Of a stretch of DNA of 43,733 nt, positions 7,253 to 15,559 are shown one piece after another (within the stretch, counting starts at the first letter, position 1; each line of letters begins with the position of its first letter). Location: IMG/VR virus record IMGVR_UViG_3300025010_000018; one strand, written 5' to 3'. The DNA comes from a virus. Made by a program: the position numbers and the translations under genes. A model generated the notes under the pieces. It saw only the letters and a list, made by a program, of their open reading frames with translations, did no database searches and was not told the DNA's origin.

Positions 7253-7720
7253 CCCGCCGATTTGCCTTGCTATATGAGGTGCAATCATACCCATATAGTT
7301 ATATCGTACGTTAGAGGGGTTGTTAGGGCTTCGCCTAATGTTGATATATCGGGCTTTGTTGAATAGGTTGTGCTGCTACTCGCCGATTAGTACCCTGCTA
7401 CATATTAGCCTACTCTTACATATGAGGACATATAGCGTATACAACCAACAGGCTTTCAGGGTGTAAATCCTGCTCGTTTACTATTCCCGCCGAGTTTACC
7501 CCGCTCCCTGTTTATCTACTAACAATCATTATAGAGAGTTGTAGTGTGTTCGTTACCATAGGTTGTACAGGTTACCAGTTGTATATCATCTTACGAATCC
7601 GCCGAATAGTTCCTTAAACCGCCACAATTAGCCAATAAACGGCTCTAGAGATACTAGAATAAGCCCGAATATATACCCTGCTTACTGATACGAGTTAGCA
7701 TAAAGTATAGTACCCGCCTA
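7253..7720. repeat. Iteron-like array: five copies of a YCCGCCGA/CCGCCTA core, each usually preceded by CCTGCT..TAC
   Basis: Cores at 7253, 7379, 7486, 7598 and 7713, spaced 107-126 bp; a weaker copy near 7133. Confidence 0.6.
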
Positions 7721-7893
7721 CCAGGTGGCCCGCCCCGCCTGTAGGTGACCAATAGGGGGTAGGGGTGGAACTCATAGGAGGTAGGGGGCCTGAAAATGAC
7801 GGTGTAGTAAAAGAAAGAAGGGGGTACCCCTCACTCCCAAATATATGGAAAGGTAGAAACGCACAAAGGTAGCCCCAGATAGCTGCAGTAAGT

Positions 7894-7922
7894 TTGATTT
7901 AGTCGTGCTTAGTTGGTATAAT
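7894..7922 (+). promoter_or_regulatory. Strong sigma70-like rightward promoter (TTGATT, 17-nt spacer, TGgTATAAT extended -10)
   Basis: -35 at 7894-7899, -10 at 7917-7922, then an AGGAGAGGAG Shine-Dalgarno and ATG at 7950. Confidence 0.65.
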
Positions 7923-7949
7923 AGGGCAATAAAATAAGTAGGAGAGGAG

Positions 7950-8237
7950 ATGAAGAACACTATTCGGGTTAAAAGGCTTGTTAGCGAGACAAAAATAACC
8001 TGTGACTTGTGTGGAAAGCATGGTGGTTCGTTGCAACTGCTTTATGATAGTTATGGATATGGTTCAGATGTTTATTCGGTTGAGCTGTGCGATGAATGTA
8101 TCAAAAAGGTTCTTTTTGGTGCATTATACGACGCCGATATACAGATATATAAAGAGGAAATTATCGAGGGTGATGGTTTTGGCAGAGAGCCTATGATGAG
8201 AGATGATATAGTTAAGTTAATTCGAGAGACAAAATGA
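7950..8237 (+). CDS. Small zinc-ribbon protein (95 aa), first gene of the rightward operon
   Basis: CDLCG ... CDEC cysteine pairs; strong Shine-Dalgarno and promoter. Confidence 0.7.
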   Translation: MKNTIRVKRLVSETKITCDLCGKHGGSLQLLYDSYGYGSDVYSVELCDECIKKVLFGALYDADIQIYKEEIIEGDGFGREPMMRDDIVKLIRETK

Positions 8238-8803
8238 AGAAAGTAATGTTGACTGTACCAGAAGATATTTATGAGTTACTGGTGAGGGCTAGTGGGGAGA
8301 GTATGAGGCCTATTGCGACGGAGGCGTTGTATAGAATAAAGGAGGGGTTAGAGGTTCCTGTGGAGTTAGGTGGTGAGAAGAGGATAACAATAACAATCCT
8401 GGATAGTGTCTATGAGATGCTTGAGAAGGACAGGGGTACGAATTCTCGAAGTGCTTGGATACAGTATCTGATTTTGGTAGGTGGTAAGGAAGAGATAGTG
8501 GGACCTAAGAGGGGGTTGGCGGAGATACAGGACAACCGTTCAAAGAGGGCACAGTTGTATAAGGAAGTAGGTACCATCCCAGATGAAAATAATGAAAAAA
8601 CGAAGGGTACACAACCTATTGAGGACTATTCAGAGATAATTGAAGAGATAAACAAGGTCAATGGGGAGGGGTATAATGTGGAACCTAGTGATACTCAGAG
8701 GATAAAGGAGATGTGTAAGGAGAAGGGTGTCCAGTATAACAACTATAAGAAGACACTAGATAAAAAGGTTAATGGGGAGTGGGTGGTTGTGGCGAGAATA
8801 TGA
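8234..8803 (+). CDS. Putative DNA-binding regulator with two ribbon-helix-helix-like segments (189 aa)
   Basis: MKKVMLTVPEDIYELLVRAS... and ITITILDSVYEMLEKD... resemble CopG/Arc-type beta-strand-helix starts; ATGA overlap with the upstream gene. Confidence 0.45.
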   Translation: MKKVMLTVPEDIYELLVRASGESMRPIATEALYRIKEGLEVPVELGGEKRITITILDSVYEMLEKDRGTNSRSAWIQYLILVGGKEEIVGPKRGLAEIQDNRSKRAQLYKEVGTIPDENNEKTKGTQPIEDYSEIIEEINKVNGEGYNVEPSDTQRIKEMCKEKGVQYNNYKKTLDKKVNGEWVVVARI

Positions 8804-8991
8804 GAACACCCCATACCTCAACATACCAGGGCAAAATGGTGGGGGTTAAGCTAAGAAGTGGGGAGGTGATTAAGGGGAAGTTCTACGGTAAAAAACGGGA
8901 TTATATTTTACTGGGTTTGAGTGTTGAGGATAGGGTTAAGATTTTGAAAAAGGACATGGCTACATTTATGATTATAAAAGGAGAACAATGA
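8800..8991 (+). CDS. Hypothetical protein (63 aa), possible Sm-like fold
   Basis: ATG at 8800 overlaps the upstream stop (ATGA); VGVKLRSGEVIKGKFYG..DYILL resembles an Sm1 motif. Preferred over the GTG start at 8779. Confidence 0.5.
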   Translation: MRTPHTSTYQGKMVGVKLRSGEVIKGKFYGKKRDYILLGLSVEDRVKILKKDMATFMIIKGEQ

Positions 8992-9116
8992 TAATTATAC
9001 TTTTGGTGATTTGTGGAGTGAGTGCTTTGCTGGGCGTTCCATTCTGGACAGCCCTGCTTATCATATTCATAGCGATATTTATTTTAGGGACCATTGAGGG
9101 TATACGAAGCCAATGA
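8988..9116 (+). CDS. Unlisted small two-helix membrane protein (42 aa, MIIILLVICGVSALLGVPFWTALLIIFIAIFILG...)
   Basis: Hand translation; ATGA start/stop overlaps with both neighbours; replaces antisense ORF 8972..9163. Confidence 0.6.
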   Translation: MIIILLVICGVSALLGVPFWTALLIIFIAIFILGTIEGIRSQ

Positions 9117-9322
9117 GAAGATACACCATAACAATTGACGCACAGTTTGGAAATGAATCTCAAGAGGAAAAGGGTATTGGAATGCTTAAAATCATGCTAA
9201 ATGCTTGGGCTATTCACACCCACAACGCCCATAAGGGAAATATGGTTAAATACTCCATGAAAGATAAGGGGCTCAAAAAGGAGCTCAGGGTAAAGGACGA
9301 GAAGGGGTACCATACACTGTAA
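9113..9322 (+). CDS. Hypothetical protein (69 aa)
   Basis: ORF track; translationally coupled to the upstream ORF. Confidence 0.55.
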   Translation: MRRYTITIDAQFGNESQEEKGIGMLKIMLNAWAIHTHNAHKGNMVKYSMKDKGLKKELRVKDEKGYHTL

Positions 9323-9339
9323 TTAAAAAGTGATATAAT

Positions 9340-9660
9340 GTGCCATGGGATGTAAGAGAAAAGGTAAGAAAAAATAATTTAGCTACTGCCAAGATGCTAA
9401 CCCAGTGGAGATACAAAATTCAAAAATCGTTTGCCAGACAAGGTGAAGATATCTTCGACGGAGAAGAGTTGCAGAGAATCATTCACACAAAACCACGCCC
9501 AAAAAGATTGTTTCTTTACAAACCCTCAAAGAAAAAGGTAGACTATGTAGATTATACAGGAGAAACTCCGCTTGGAGAAATGGAGATAGGTTTTTTCACC
9601 TGTAAGTTAGAGTTGTTAGGGTATATTAAATTCGTTGGTAGAAGAATTTGCAATGAATGA
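9340..9660 (+). CDS. Hypothetical basic protein (106 aa), GTG start
   Basis: ORF track; co-oriented. Confidence 0.5.
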   Translation: MPWDVREKVRKNNLATAKMLTQWRYKIQKSFARQGEDIFDGEELQRIIHTKPRPKRLFLYKPSKKKVDYVDYTGETPLGEMEIGFFTCKLELLGYIKFVGRRICNE

Positions 9661-10123
9661 ACAATTAACTAAAAAGATTGACGCCTACAAGACAAGTGCA
9701 GGACTTTCAAAGTGGGACGACAAAAGTATTTCACGCGAATGTAAAAGATTACAGGACAAACTTAGCATTGTCCGTATTGAGCCCAAGGAATATAAAATGC
9801 TCCGTAAGATTGCCGAAGGACTGAAGGTTGAAGAGAAGGTGGATTTGAGTGCCGCTGCAAGATGGGCAGGATACCCTGAGTGGAAGGTCAAACATCCAGA
9901 GACTATGATTCTAAGAAACATTCCTAACTCTCTGTTTAATGAGTTGGTTGGGATTAACAGAAATGAAATTGAAATGGAGCTGGTTAAAGTTATGAAACAA
10001 GACGAGAATCTAGCAGCCAAGAACAAGGCTATTGAAATGGGACTTCGAGTTACAGGAATGATGGAACCAGAGAAGGGAAATCAAGTCAATATAATAAATG
10101 GTGGAATAGGAGTAGCAGATTAA
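9653..10123 (+). CDS. terS: Terminase small subunit candidate
   Basis: Lies just upstream of the large terminase; AARWAGYPEWKVKHPETMILRNIPN resembles the helix-turn-helix of small terminases. ATG at 9653 preferred over TTG at 9635. Confidence 0.5.
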   Translation: MNEQLTKKIDAYKTSAGLSKWDDKSISRECKRLQDKLSIVRIEPKEYKMLRKIAEGLKVEEKVDLSAAARWAGYPEWKVKHPETMILRNIPNSLFNELVGINRNEIEMELVKVMKQDENLAAKNKAIEMGLRVTGMMEPEKGNQVNIINGGIGVAD

Positions 10124-10371
10124 TGGGAAAGAAAAGAACCTATACAATAACGGAAGCCGTTAGAAACCCAAGTCATTTTACTAAGGATGTTCCATTTGAC
10201 ATTACAAATAACGGACAGATAGTGGCAACAGTTATAAGTCCAAAGGGTGCCAACTGGTATGTGTGCGAGAATTGTGGTGAGAATACCCAGAATATTATTG
10301 ATTACCAGGACGATAAACTAGAGTGGCATAAGTTAATATTATGTGATAAGTGTGGTGAAGAATTACTATAA
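10123..10371 (+). CDS. Small protein with a C-terminal zinc ribbon (82 aa)
   Basis: CENCGE ... CDKCGE; the N-terminus weakly resembles Phd/YefM-type antitoxins. Confidence 0.55.
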   Translation: MGKKRTYTITEAVRNPSHFTKDVPFDITNNGQIVATVISPKGANWYVCENCGENTQNIIDYQDDKLEWHKLILCDKCGEELL

Positions 10372-10383
10372 GTAAAAATATAA

Positions 10384-11787
10384 ATGGAAAATCATACAAT
10401 AAGTACAGATGACCTAAAGATTTCTTTTGATGGCAAGGTTGTTTACGACCCACTGCCACAACAGAGGAAGTTTCACTTGTCTCCTAAAAAATACAGATTA
10501 CTAGGAGGAGCTGTAGGTGGAGGTAAAACTGCAGCACTGAAAGCTGAGGCTATAATGAGAAGCTGTAAATATGATTTTCCTTTGACTGGTGCAATATTTA
10601 GAAGAAGTTTCCCAGAGCTGGAATCAACTGTCATTAGGGGAATGTTGGATATGTTACCAAGCTGGTTTTATAAGTATAATCAAAGCTCCCACACAATGAC
10701 ACTTAAGAATGGAAGTATCATAGAGTTTTGTTATGCAGAGAGTGACGCAGACGTTATTCGATATCAGTCCCGAGAGTGGGATTGGCTAGGCCTTGATGAA
10801 ATGACCCACTTCTCAGAATATCAATTTTCATATCTAGGTTCTCGTGTAAGAACCACTAAGCCGATAAACACAAAAATATTCGGTGGTACCAATCCAGGGG
10901 GAAGAGGACATAATTGGGTTAAAGAAAGATTTATTACTAAGTCCTGTAGTAATCCAGCATATAATTCTCAAGAATATGATTTTATACCTGCTGGTATTAG
11001 AGACAATCCTTACTTGATGACTAACAACCCAGATTACATTAGTCAGCTTGAGATGTTGCCCGAACTAGAAAGAAAGGCGCTATTAGAAGGGGATTGGAAC
11101 TTGTTTGCAGGAATGTTTTTCACAGAGTGGGACCCTACTCGACATATTGTAGACGACTTTGAAGTACCAGAAGAATGGAGACTTATTTTAGGTTGGGATG
11201 ATGGAACTAGGGAGTGGAGGTCAGTACACTTATACGCAGTTGATAACGACCAGAGGGTTTGGTGTGTTTGGGAATACTACCAAAAAGAAGAAGACCTCGG
11301 TGTCGCTGCAGAGAATATAAAAAGACAGCTTCAAGATTTAGGATACTGGGATAGGATTTATAAGTTGGTGGTAGACCCCTCAATGAAGCGAACTGACAGC
11401 CAAACTGGATTATCAAGTACTTCCGTATTAGAGGGTTTGGGATATGGGTTTAAGATTGGTGAAGTTGAGTTGGGAAATAATGATAGGGTAGAGGGCTGGA
11501 GAATAATGAAGAGTTACTTGTCACACAAACCCTACGAGGAGCCAATGATGAAATACTTCAGGAGTTGTGATAATATAATTAGAACTATACCGCAATTGAT
11601 ATACTATCAATCAAGGTCTGGTAATGTGAGTAAGAAGGAAGACTTAGATAGTTCGCAAGAGGACCATTGTGTCGACGAAAATCGCTATACACTGGTCTCT
11701 TTAGATAGACTTCCATCGAGATTTGAAAGCAGTAATTCCTTTAAGGTTAAGAAGAGGGATTATCGCCCAAGGTCTGGTTATAAATAA
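10384..11787 (+). CDS. terL: Terminase large subunit
   Basis: Walker A LLGGAVGGGKTAAL; Walker B-like WDWLGLDEMTHF; C-terminal acidic nuclease-like motifs; size and position upstream of the portal. Confidence 0.85.
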   Translation: MENHTISTDDLKISFDGKVVYDPLPQQRKFHLSPKKYRLLGGAVGGGKTAALKAEAIMRSCKYDFPLTGAIFRRSFPELESTVIRGMLDMLPSWFYKYNQSSHTMTLKNGSIIEFCYAESDADVIRYQSREWDWLGLDEMTHFSEYQFSYLGSRVRTTKPINTKIFGGTNPGGRGHNWVKERFITKSCSNPAYNSQEYDFIPAGIRDNPYLMTNNPDYISQLEMLPELERKALLEGDWNLFAGMFFTEWDPTRHIVDDFEVPEEWRLILGWDDGTREWRSVHLYAVDNDQRVWCVWEYYQKEEDLGVAAENIKRQLQDLGYWDRIYKLVVDPSMKRTDSQTGLSSTSVLEGLGYGFKIGEVELGNNDRVEGWRIMKSYLSHKPYEEPMMKYFRSCDNIIRTIPQLIYYQSRSGNVSKKEDLDSSQEDHCVDENRYTLVSLDRLPSRFESSNSFKVKKRDYRPRSGYK

Positions 11788-11804
11788 TTTTATTAAGTAG
11801 TAGC

Positions 11805-12407
11805 ATGAATAAATTCTATGTTAGTCTGGCCGACAACTATAAGAGAACCGAACCGTTTATGACGGATTGGGACTACGAGTTGATTGGTGATGTGTTTAGG
11901 ACCGAGTTCGATGTTTATTTCTCAGAGCAAGAGAAACTTGCAAATGCAGGTGGTGGTAAGACAAGACAGTTGTTCAAGGGTGAGTATGTTAAGAAGTTTA
12001 TGGTTACAAAGAGAATCAATATGGTGGATGACCCAAGTAACGGAAATTTGAAGTCCGTGTTTGTTCTAAAACCAGGAGAAAAGAAACTTATTGACGAAAG
12101 AGCAAAGGGAAGTTTAGCACCAAGATTTGAATATAAGACAAAGATAAAAGAGGATGGAACTGAAACACAACCAGAAGGATTTATGAAATTTGAACCACTT
12201 CCAGGCAATCAGACCGACGTTCAAAGAGACAGTAAAACTTTGCAAGTTACAGGAAATGATATATCATATTTTGAAGAAGAGAAGGAAGTTGATGCTGAAC
12301 CTATAGTTGTTGAAGCTAAGGCAGAAGTATTTACTTGCCCTAAGTGTGAAAAAGGGTTTGATAGTGCAAAGAAACTGAATGGACATAAAATGAGTTGTAA
12401 AGCATAA
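11805..12407 (+). CDS. Hypothetical protein (200 aa) with a C-terminal C2H2-type zinc finger
   Basis: FTCPKCEKGFDSAKKLNGHKMSCK at the C-terminus. Confidence 0.65.
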   Translation: MNKFYVSLADNYKRTEPFMTDWDYELIGDVFRTEFDVYFSEQEKLANAGGGKTRQLFKGEYVKKFMVTKRINMVDDPSNGNLKSVFVLKPGEKKLIDERAKGSLAPRFEYKTKIKEDGTETQPEGFMKFEPLPGNQTDVQRDSKTLQVTGNDISYFEEEKEVDAEPIVVEAKAEVFTCPKCEKGFDSAKKLNGHKMSCKA

Positions 12408-12408
12408 T

Positions 12409-12690
12409 ATGGGAAACATAATGATAGGAAATCCTATTTCTACGGATAACATTCCAAATGCATTTTGGCCTTGGTTTAATGACCTAGGCGAGAAGTATGA
12501 CCTATGTACAATGGAAGTAAAGGGTGGAGACATTCAGGTTGTAAGAGTAAAAGTATTTGTAGACGGCCCAAAGGCTGTTAAAAACTTAAAGTATGGCAAA
12601 ATAACCTCTGATAGTTCGGGAGAATTCTTAGAGAGAACATTCATTCCTAGATATAGTAGAGAACGGGACGAAATTATTTTGGAACAATAA
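12409..12690 (+). CDS. Hypothetical protein (93 aa)
   Basis: ORF track; 1-nt gap from the upstream gene. Confidence 0.55.
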   Translation: MGNIMIGNPISTDNIPNAFWPWFNDLGEKYDLCTMEVKGGDIQVVRVKVFVDGPKAVKNLKYGKITSDSSGEFLERTFIPRYSRERDEIILEQ

Positions 12691-12707
12691 TCTAAAAATA
12701 TAAAAGA

Positions 12708-14984
12708 ATGGAACAATCACTTCCAAAGAGACGTTATACACTCGAAGAGTCTGGACCAATCGAGAAAGTTAGGTCGGCCTTTGTATCTTCGAGAAATGCA
12801 AGGCAGAATAATTCATATCATGCAGAGAAGAATTGGAATGATGTCTGGGATACGCAAGAAAAGATAGACATTGGGTATAGCGAATTACCTGCAGCAGATG
12901 AGTTTGAATCAGATGTTAAATCTCCAATGACCTCGGGAAGAATTGAGTCTACTATGCAGAAGCTAAAGAGGCTTAATGTGCAGTATGTTGTTAGACCAGA
13001 CGATTCAAGAGAGCCAAGAGATAAGAGAAAGGCTAGAGTAATACAGGAACTATTAAACAACCTATTCCAGAGAAGAAAATTCAAAGCCAGGTTAATGACT
13101 TGGTGGAAAGACTGCTTAACACACGGTTCTGCATTTATGCACGTTTACTATTTGAGAAAGAAAAGAACTGTACAAATGCCAAAGGTTGATGTTAAGAGCA
13201 TGACACAGGAGGAGAAGGTGAAGTTAACCAATAAAGAAAAGGTATATAAGGAGGAAGTTATTTATGATTATGACGACATTGCTTTTGAACCAGTCAAGAG
13301 GCAAGAAATATACGAAGACCCCTCGGCGAGAAGTATGCACGGCACGAGTTACGAAGCACAGTGGATTATTAGAAGAATGTTGCCCTCTGTAGAACAGTTC
13401 AAAGCTATGTTTAGTGCAGACCCAGAAGCTAAGAATGTTAATAAAGTAAGACCAGTTTCGTCTTATGTTGGAGAGGATGTAGAGTTCTTCGAACCACCTA
13501 AAGATGTTACAAATACAAACTGTGTTGAACTACTACACTACTACAACAAGGCTGATGATAGATATATAGTAGTAGCAAACGACATCTTAATTAAGGATGT
13601 TCCACTTCCATACAGACACAAACAGTTACCATTCGTTAAGATTGACGCTTACGAAGTTTTGCACCAGTTTAACGGAATGGGTATTCCAGACAAGCTCAAG
13701 AACGTACAGTCCGAGGAGGAAATACTCAAAAATCTTGTTTATGATAGGTTACATATAACAGCAAATCCTATAATAAAGGTGAAGAAGTCCATTTACGGGG
13801 AATTCAGTAAGGCATACCAAACAGCACAACCTGGACTTATGGTCCCAGTAAATAATCAGGACGATGTACAGTCACTTGATTATCCAGCTATGAACTTTGA
13901 TATGTTTAGAGGAATAGATATGCTTGATAGAGATGCAGTTATAGCAACACAAATTGACCCAACTCAAATGGGCGTGAACCAGAAGTATGTATCTGCAACA
14001 ACAAGTATGTTCACCAAAGAGCAGGCAGACGCTTTCATAGCTTCTTTGATAGACACTTGGACAGAACCTTTGATTATTGCAGGTGAGATGTGTATCTCCT
14101 TAATGAGCCAGTTTTACACCATTCCTAGAGTCGAGGCCGCAGGGAAGACCGCTAAGAACAAGAATATGAGACTGCTTGATATTGAGATAAATCCAAACAC
14201 ACTAGAGGTCAGAGAAAAGAGGGGAAAATACTCGTACCTAGAGATTAAACCAGAATTCTTCAATATTAATGGAGACTGGGAAGTTGAAATATCTCCAGAG
14301 AGTGTTGAGTTACAGAGTCGGGCAATAGAGATGCAGAAGGCACAAACAGCCTTGGCACAGTACGCACCATTTATGATAGACCCTAACGACCCAAAGAGTA
14401 AGATGTCAAATCCTATGGGATGGGTTGATGGCCCTAAACTCCTTGAATGGAGTATGGAAGTTCAGAGTATACCAAAGGAGATTATGGCAGTATTGACAGA
14501 AGACGAGGACATTTCTACCGAGAGGGCTGAGTTACAGGGTAAAAAACTACAGGCTGGAGAAGTAGTTCCAGGAATCGCAGGAGAACCAGAAGCTCATATA
14601 TGGGTTCACGTGGAACAAATGAGAATATTAAACGGTAAGAAGAAGAACATTGAGAAGCAATTTGAGGACTTTCCACCAGAGGTTATGGAACTTGCTATGC
14701 AGACTCCAGAAGCCGAGGAAATGAAGAAACTAGACGGTATATTACAGTTATACGTTGAGCATTTAATGGCAGACACGGCACCAAAGGTAATGGATGCACC
14801 AGGGGTAATGAAGGATAGTCAACCAGAACCAGCAGCACAAGCGTCAGTACCAATGCCTCCTGGATTAACACCAGCAGGTGGAGCACAACCTCCAATGCCA
14901 GCAGCAGGAAACCAACAGTCAGGAATGACACCAGAAGAGAGTAGCCCAAGTGGAATGGGAAGACCACCAATGGCAATGCAGTAA
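12708..14984 (+). CDS. Portal protein candidate (758 aa)
   Basis: Large ORF right after the terminase and before scaffold and capsid genes; P/Q/M/G-rich low-complexity C-terminal tail. Confidence 0.75.
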   Translation: MEQSLPKRRYTLEESGPIEKVRSAFVSSRNARQNNSYHAEKNWNDVWDTQEKIDIGYSELPAADEFESDVKSPMTSGRIESTMQKLKRLNVQYVVRPDDSREPRDKRKARVIQELLNNLFQRRKFKARLMTWWKDCLTHGSAFMHVYYLRKKRTVQMPKVDVKSMTQEEKVKLTNKEKVYKEEVIYDYDDIAFEPVKRQEIYEDPSARSMHGTSYEAQWIIRRMLPSVEQFKAMFSADPEAKNVNKVRPVSSYVGEDVEFFEPPKDVTNTNCVELLHYYNKADDRYIVVANDILIKDVPLPYRHKQLPFVKIDAYEVLHQFNGMGIPDKLKNVQSEEEILKNLVYDRLHITANPIIKVKKSIYGEFSKAYQTAQPGLMVPVNNQDDVQSLDYPAMNFDMFRGIDMLDRDAVIATQIDPTQMGVNQKYVSATTSMFTKEQADAFIASLIDTWTEPLIIAGEMCISLMSQFYTIPRVEAAGKTAKNKNMRLLDIEINPNTLEVREKRGKYSYLEIKPEFFNINGDWEVEISPESVELQSRAIEMQKAQTALAQYAPFMIDPNDPKSKMSNPMGWVDGPKLLEWSMEVQSIPKEIMAVLTEDEDISTERAELQGKKLQAGEVVPGIAGEPEAHIWVHVEQMRILNGKKKNIEKQFEDFPPEVMELAMQTPEAEEMKKLDGILQLYVEHLMADTAPKVMDAPGVMKDSQPEPAAQASVPMPPGLTPAGGAQPPMPAAGNQQSGMTPEESSPSGMGRPPMAMQ

Positions 14985-15006
14985 ATAAATTAAGTAGTAG
15001 TAAACT

Positions 15007-15330
15007 ATGGAAGTAAGGACAATGGGCCTTAAAAAGGTTCCTATACAGGAGCTCACAGGAGACCAGCTAGATGCGTTGGTGTTATTTGGGAAGACAGAAG
15101 CTTTCGCAATTCTTAAAGAGTTGGCAGAGAAGGAAAAGTATCACAGGTATCAAGAGGAATTTCTTAATGCTCCTAATATGGAGTCTATAAACTATCTCAG
15201 AGGAATCAATACTGGAATTGACTTTATAATGGACAGAGTAGAGGTGGCAAAGGAAGAACTGTTAAACAGAGGGGATAAGAGTGAAGAGACAGAGAGTGAT
15301 GAAGTTGACAAAGGCGATAAATTAAAATAA
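15007..15330 (+). CDS. Hypothetical head-module protein (107 aa)
   Basis: ORF track; position. Confidence 0.55.
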   Translation: MEVRTMGLKKVPIQELTGDQLDALVLFGKTEAFAILKELAEKEKYHRYQEEFLNAPNMESINYLRGINTGIDFIMDRVEVAKEELLNRGDKSEETESDEVDKGDKLK

Positions 15331-15344
15331 TATGATTTTATAGT

Positions 15345-15533
15345 ATGGATAAGAAACAAGAAGCAAAATTCGAAGAGATTTATGTGAAATTCATAAAGAA
15401 ATGCTTGAAGGATAACATAATGCCAAGCCCTGTAATAGTATACGGGCCACAGGGAATATTCCCTAAGATTGATTTTACAACAGTGACCGATGAGATAAAG
15501 ACCGAGATACTTAGCTCTTTAGATAAGAAGTAG
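15345..15533 (+). CDS. Hypothetical protein (62 aa)
   Basis: ORF track. Confidence 0.45.
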   Translation: MDKKQEAKFEEIYVKFIKKCLKDNIMPSPVIVYGPQGIFPKIDFTTVTDEIKTEILSSLDKK

Positions 15534-15559
15534 TAAATAAATTTTTTATAAAAACAAAG

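Noticed and set aside
7067-7294. Minus-strand ORF of 75 aa whose stop lies 2 nt from the ATG at 7064
   Set aside because: It lies upstream of and across the predicted leftward promoter (7172-7200), contains one iteron copy and has no ribosome-binding site. The tight spacing is suggestive, so it is left unannotated rather than firmly excluded.
7128-7740. Possible CRISPR array, because of regularly spaced repeats
   Set aside because: The repeat cores are short (8-25 nt) and imperfect, the spacing is 107-126 bp (far longer than CRISPR spacers), and there are no cas genes. Treated as an iteron-like array instead.
7713-7840. G-quadruplex or long C-rich/G-rich duplex as a defined structure
   Set aside because: G-runs are present (GGGGG, GGGG, GGGGG), but loop lengths are irregular and I cannot draw clean complementarity between the C-rich and G-rich halves. 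Only the shared motif is reported.
7772-7960. Minus-strand ORF of 62 aa
   Set aside because: It runs antisense through the strong rightward promoter, the Shine-Dalgarno and the start of 7950..8237. The sequence is hydrophobic and low in complexity.
8972-9163. Minus-strand ORF of 63 aa
   Set aside because: It is antisense to a plus-strand 42-aa membrane ORF that is ATGA-coupled to both plus-strand neighbours.
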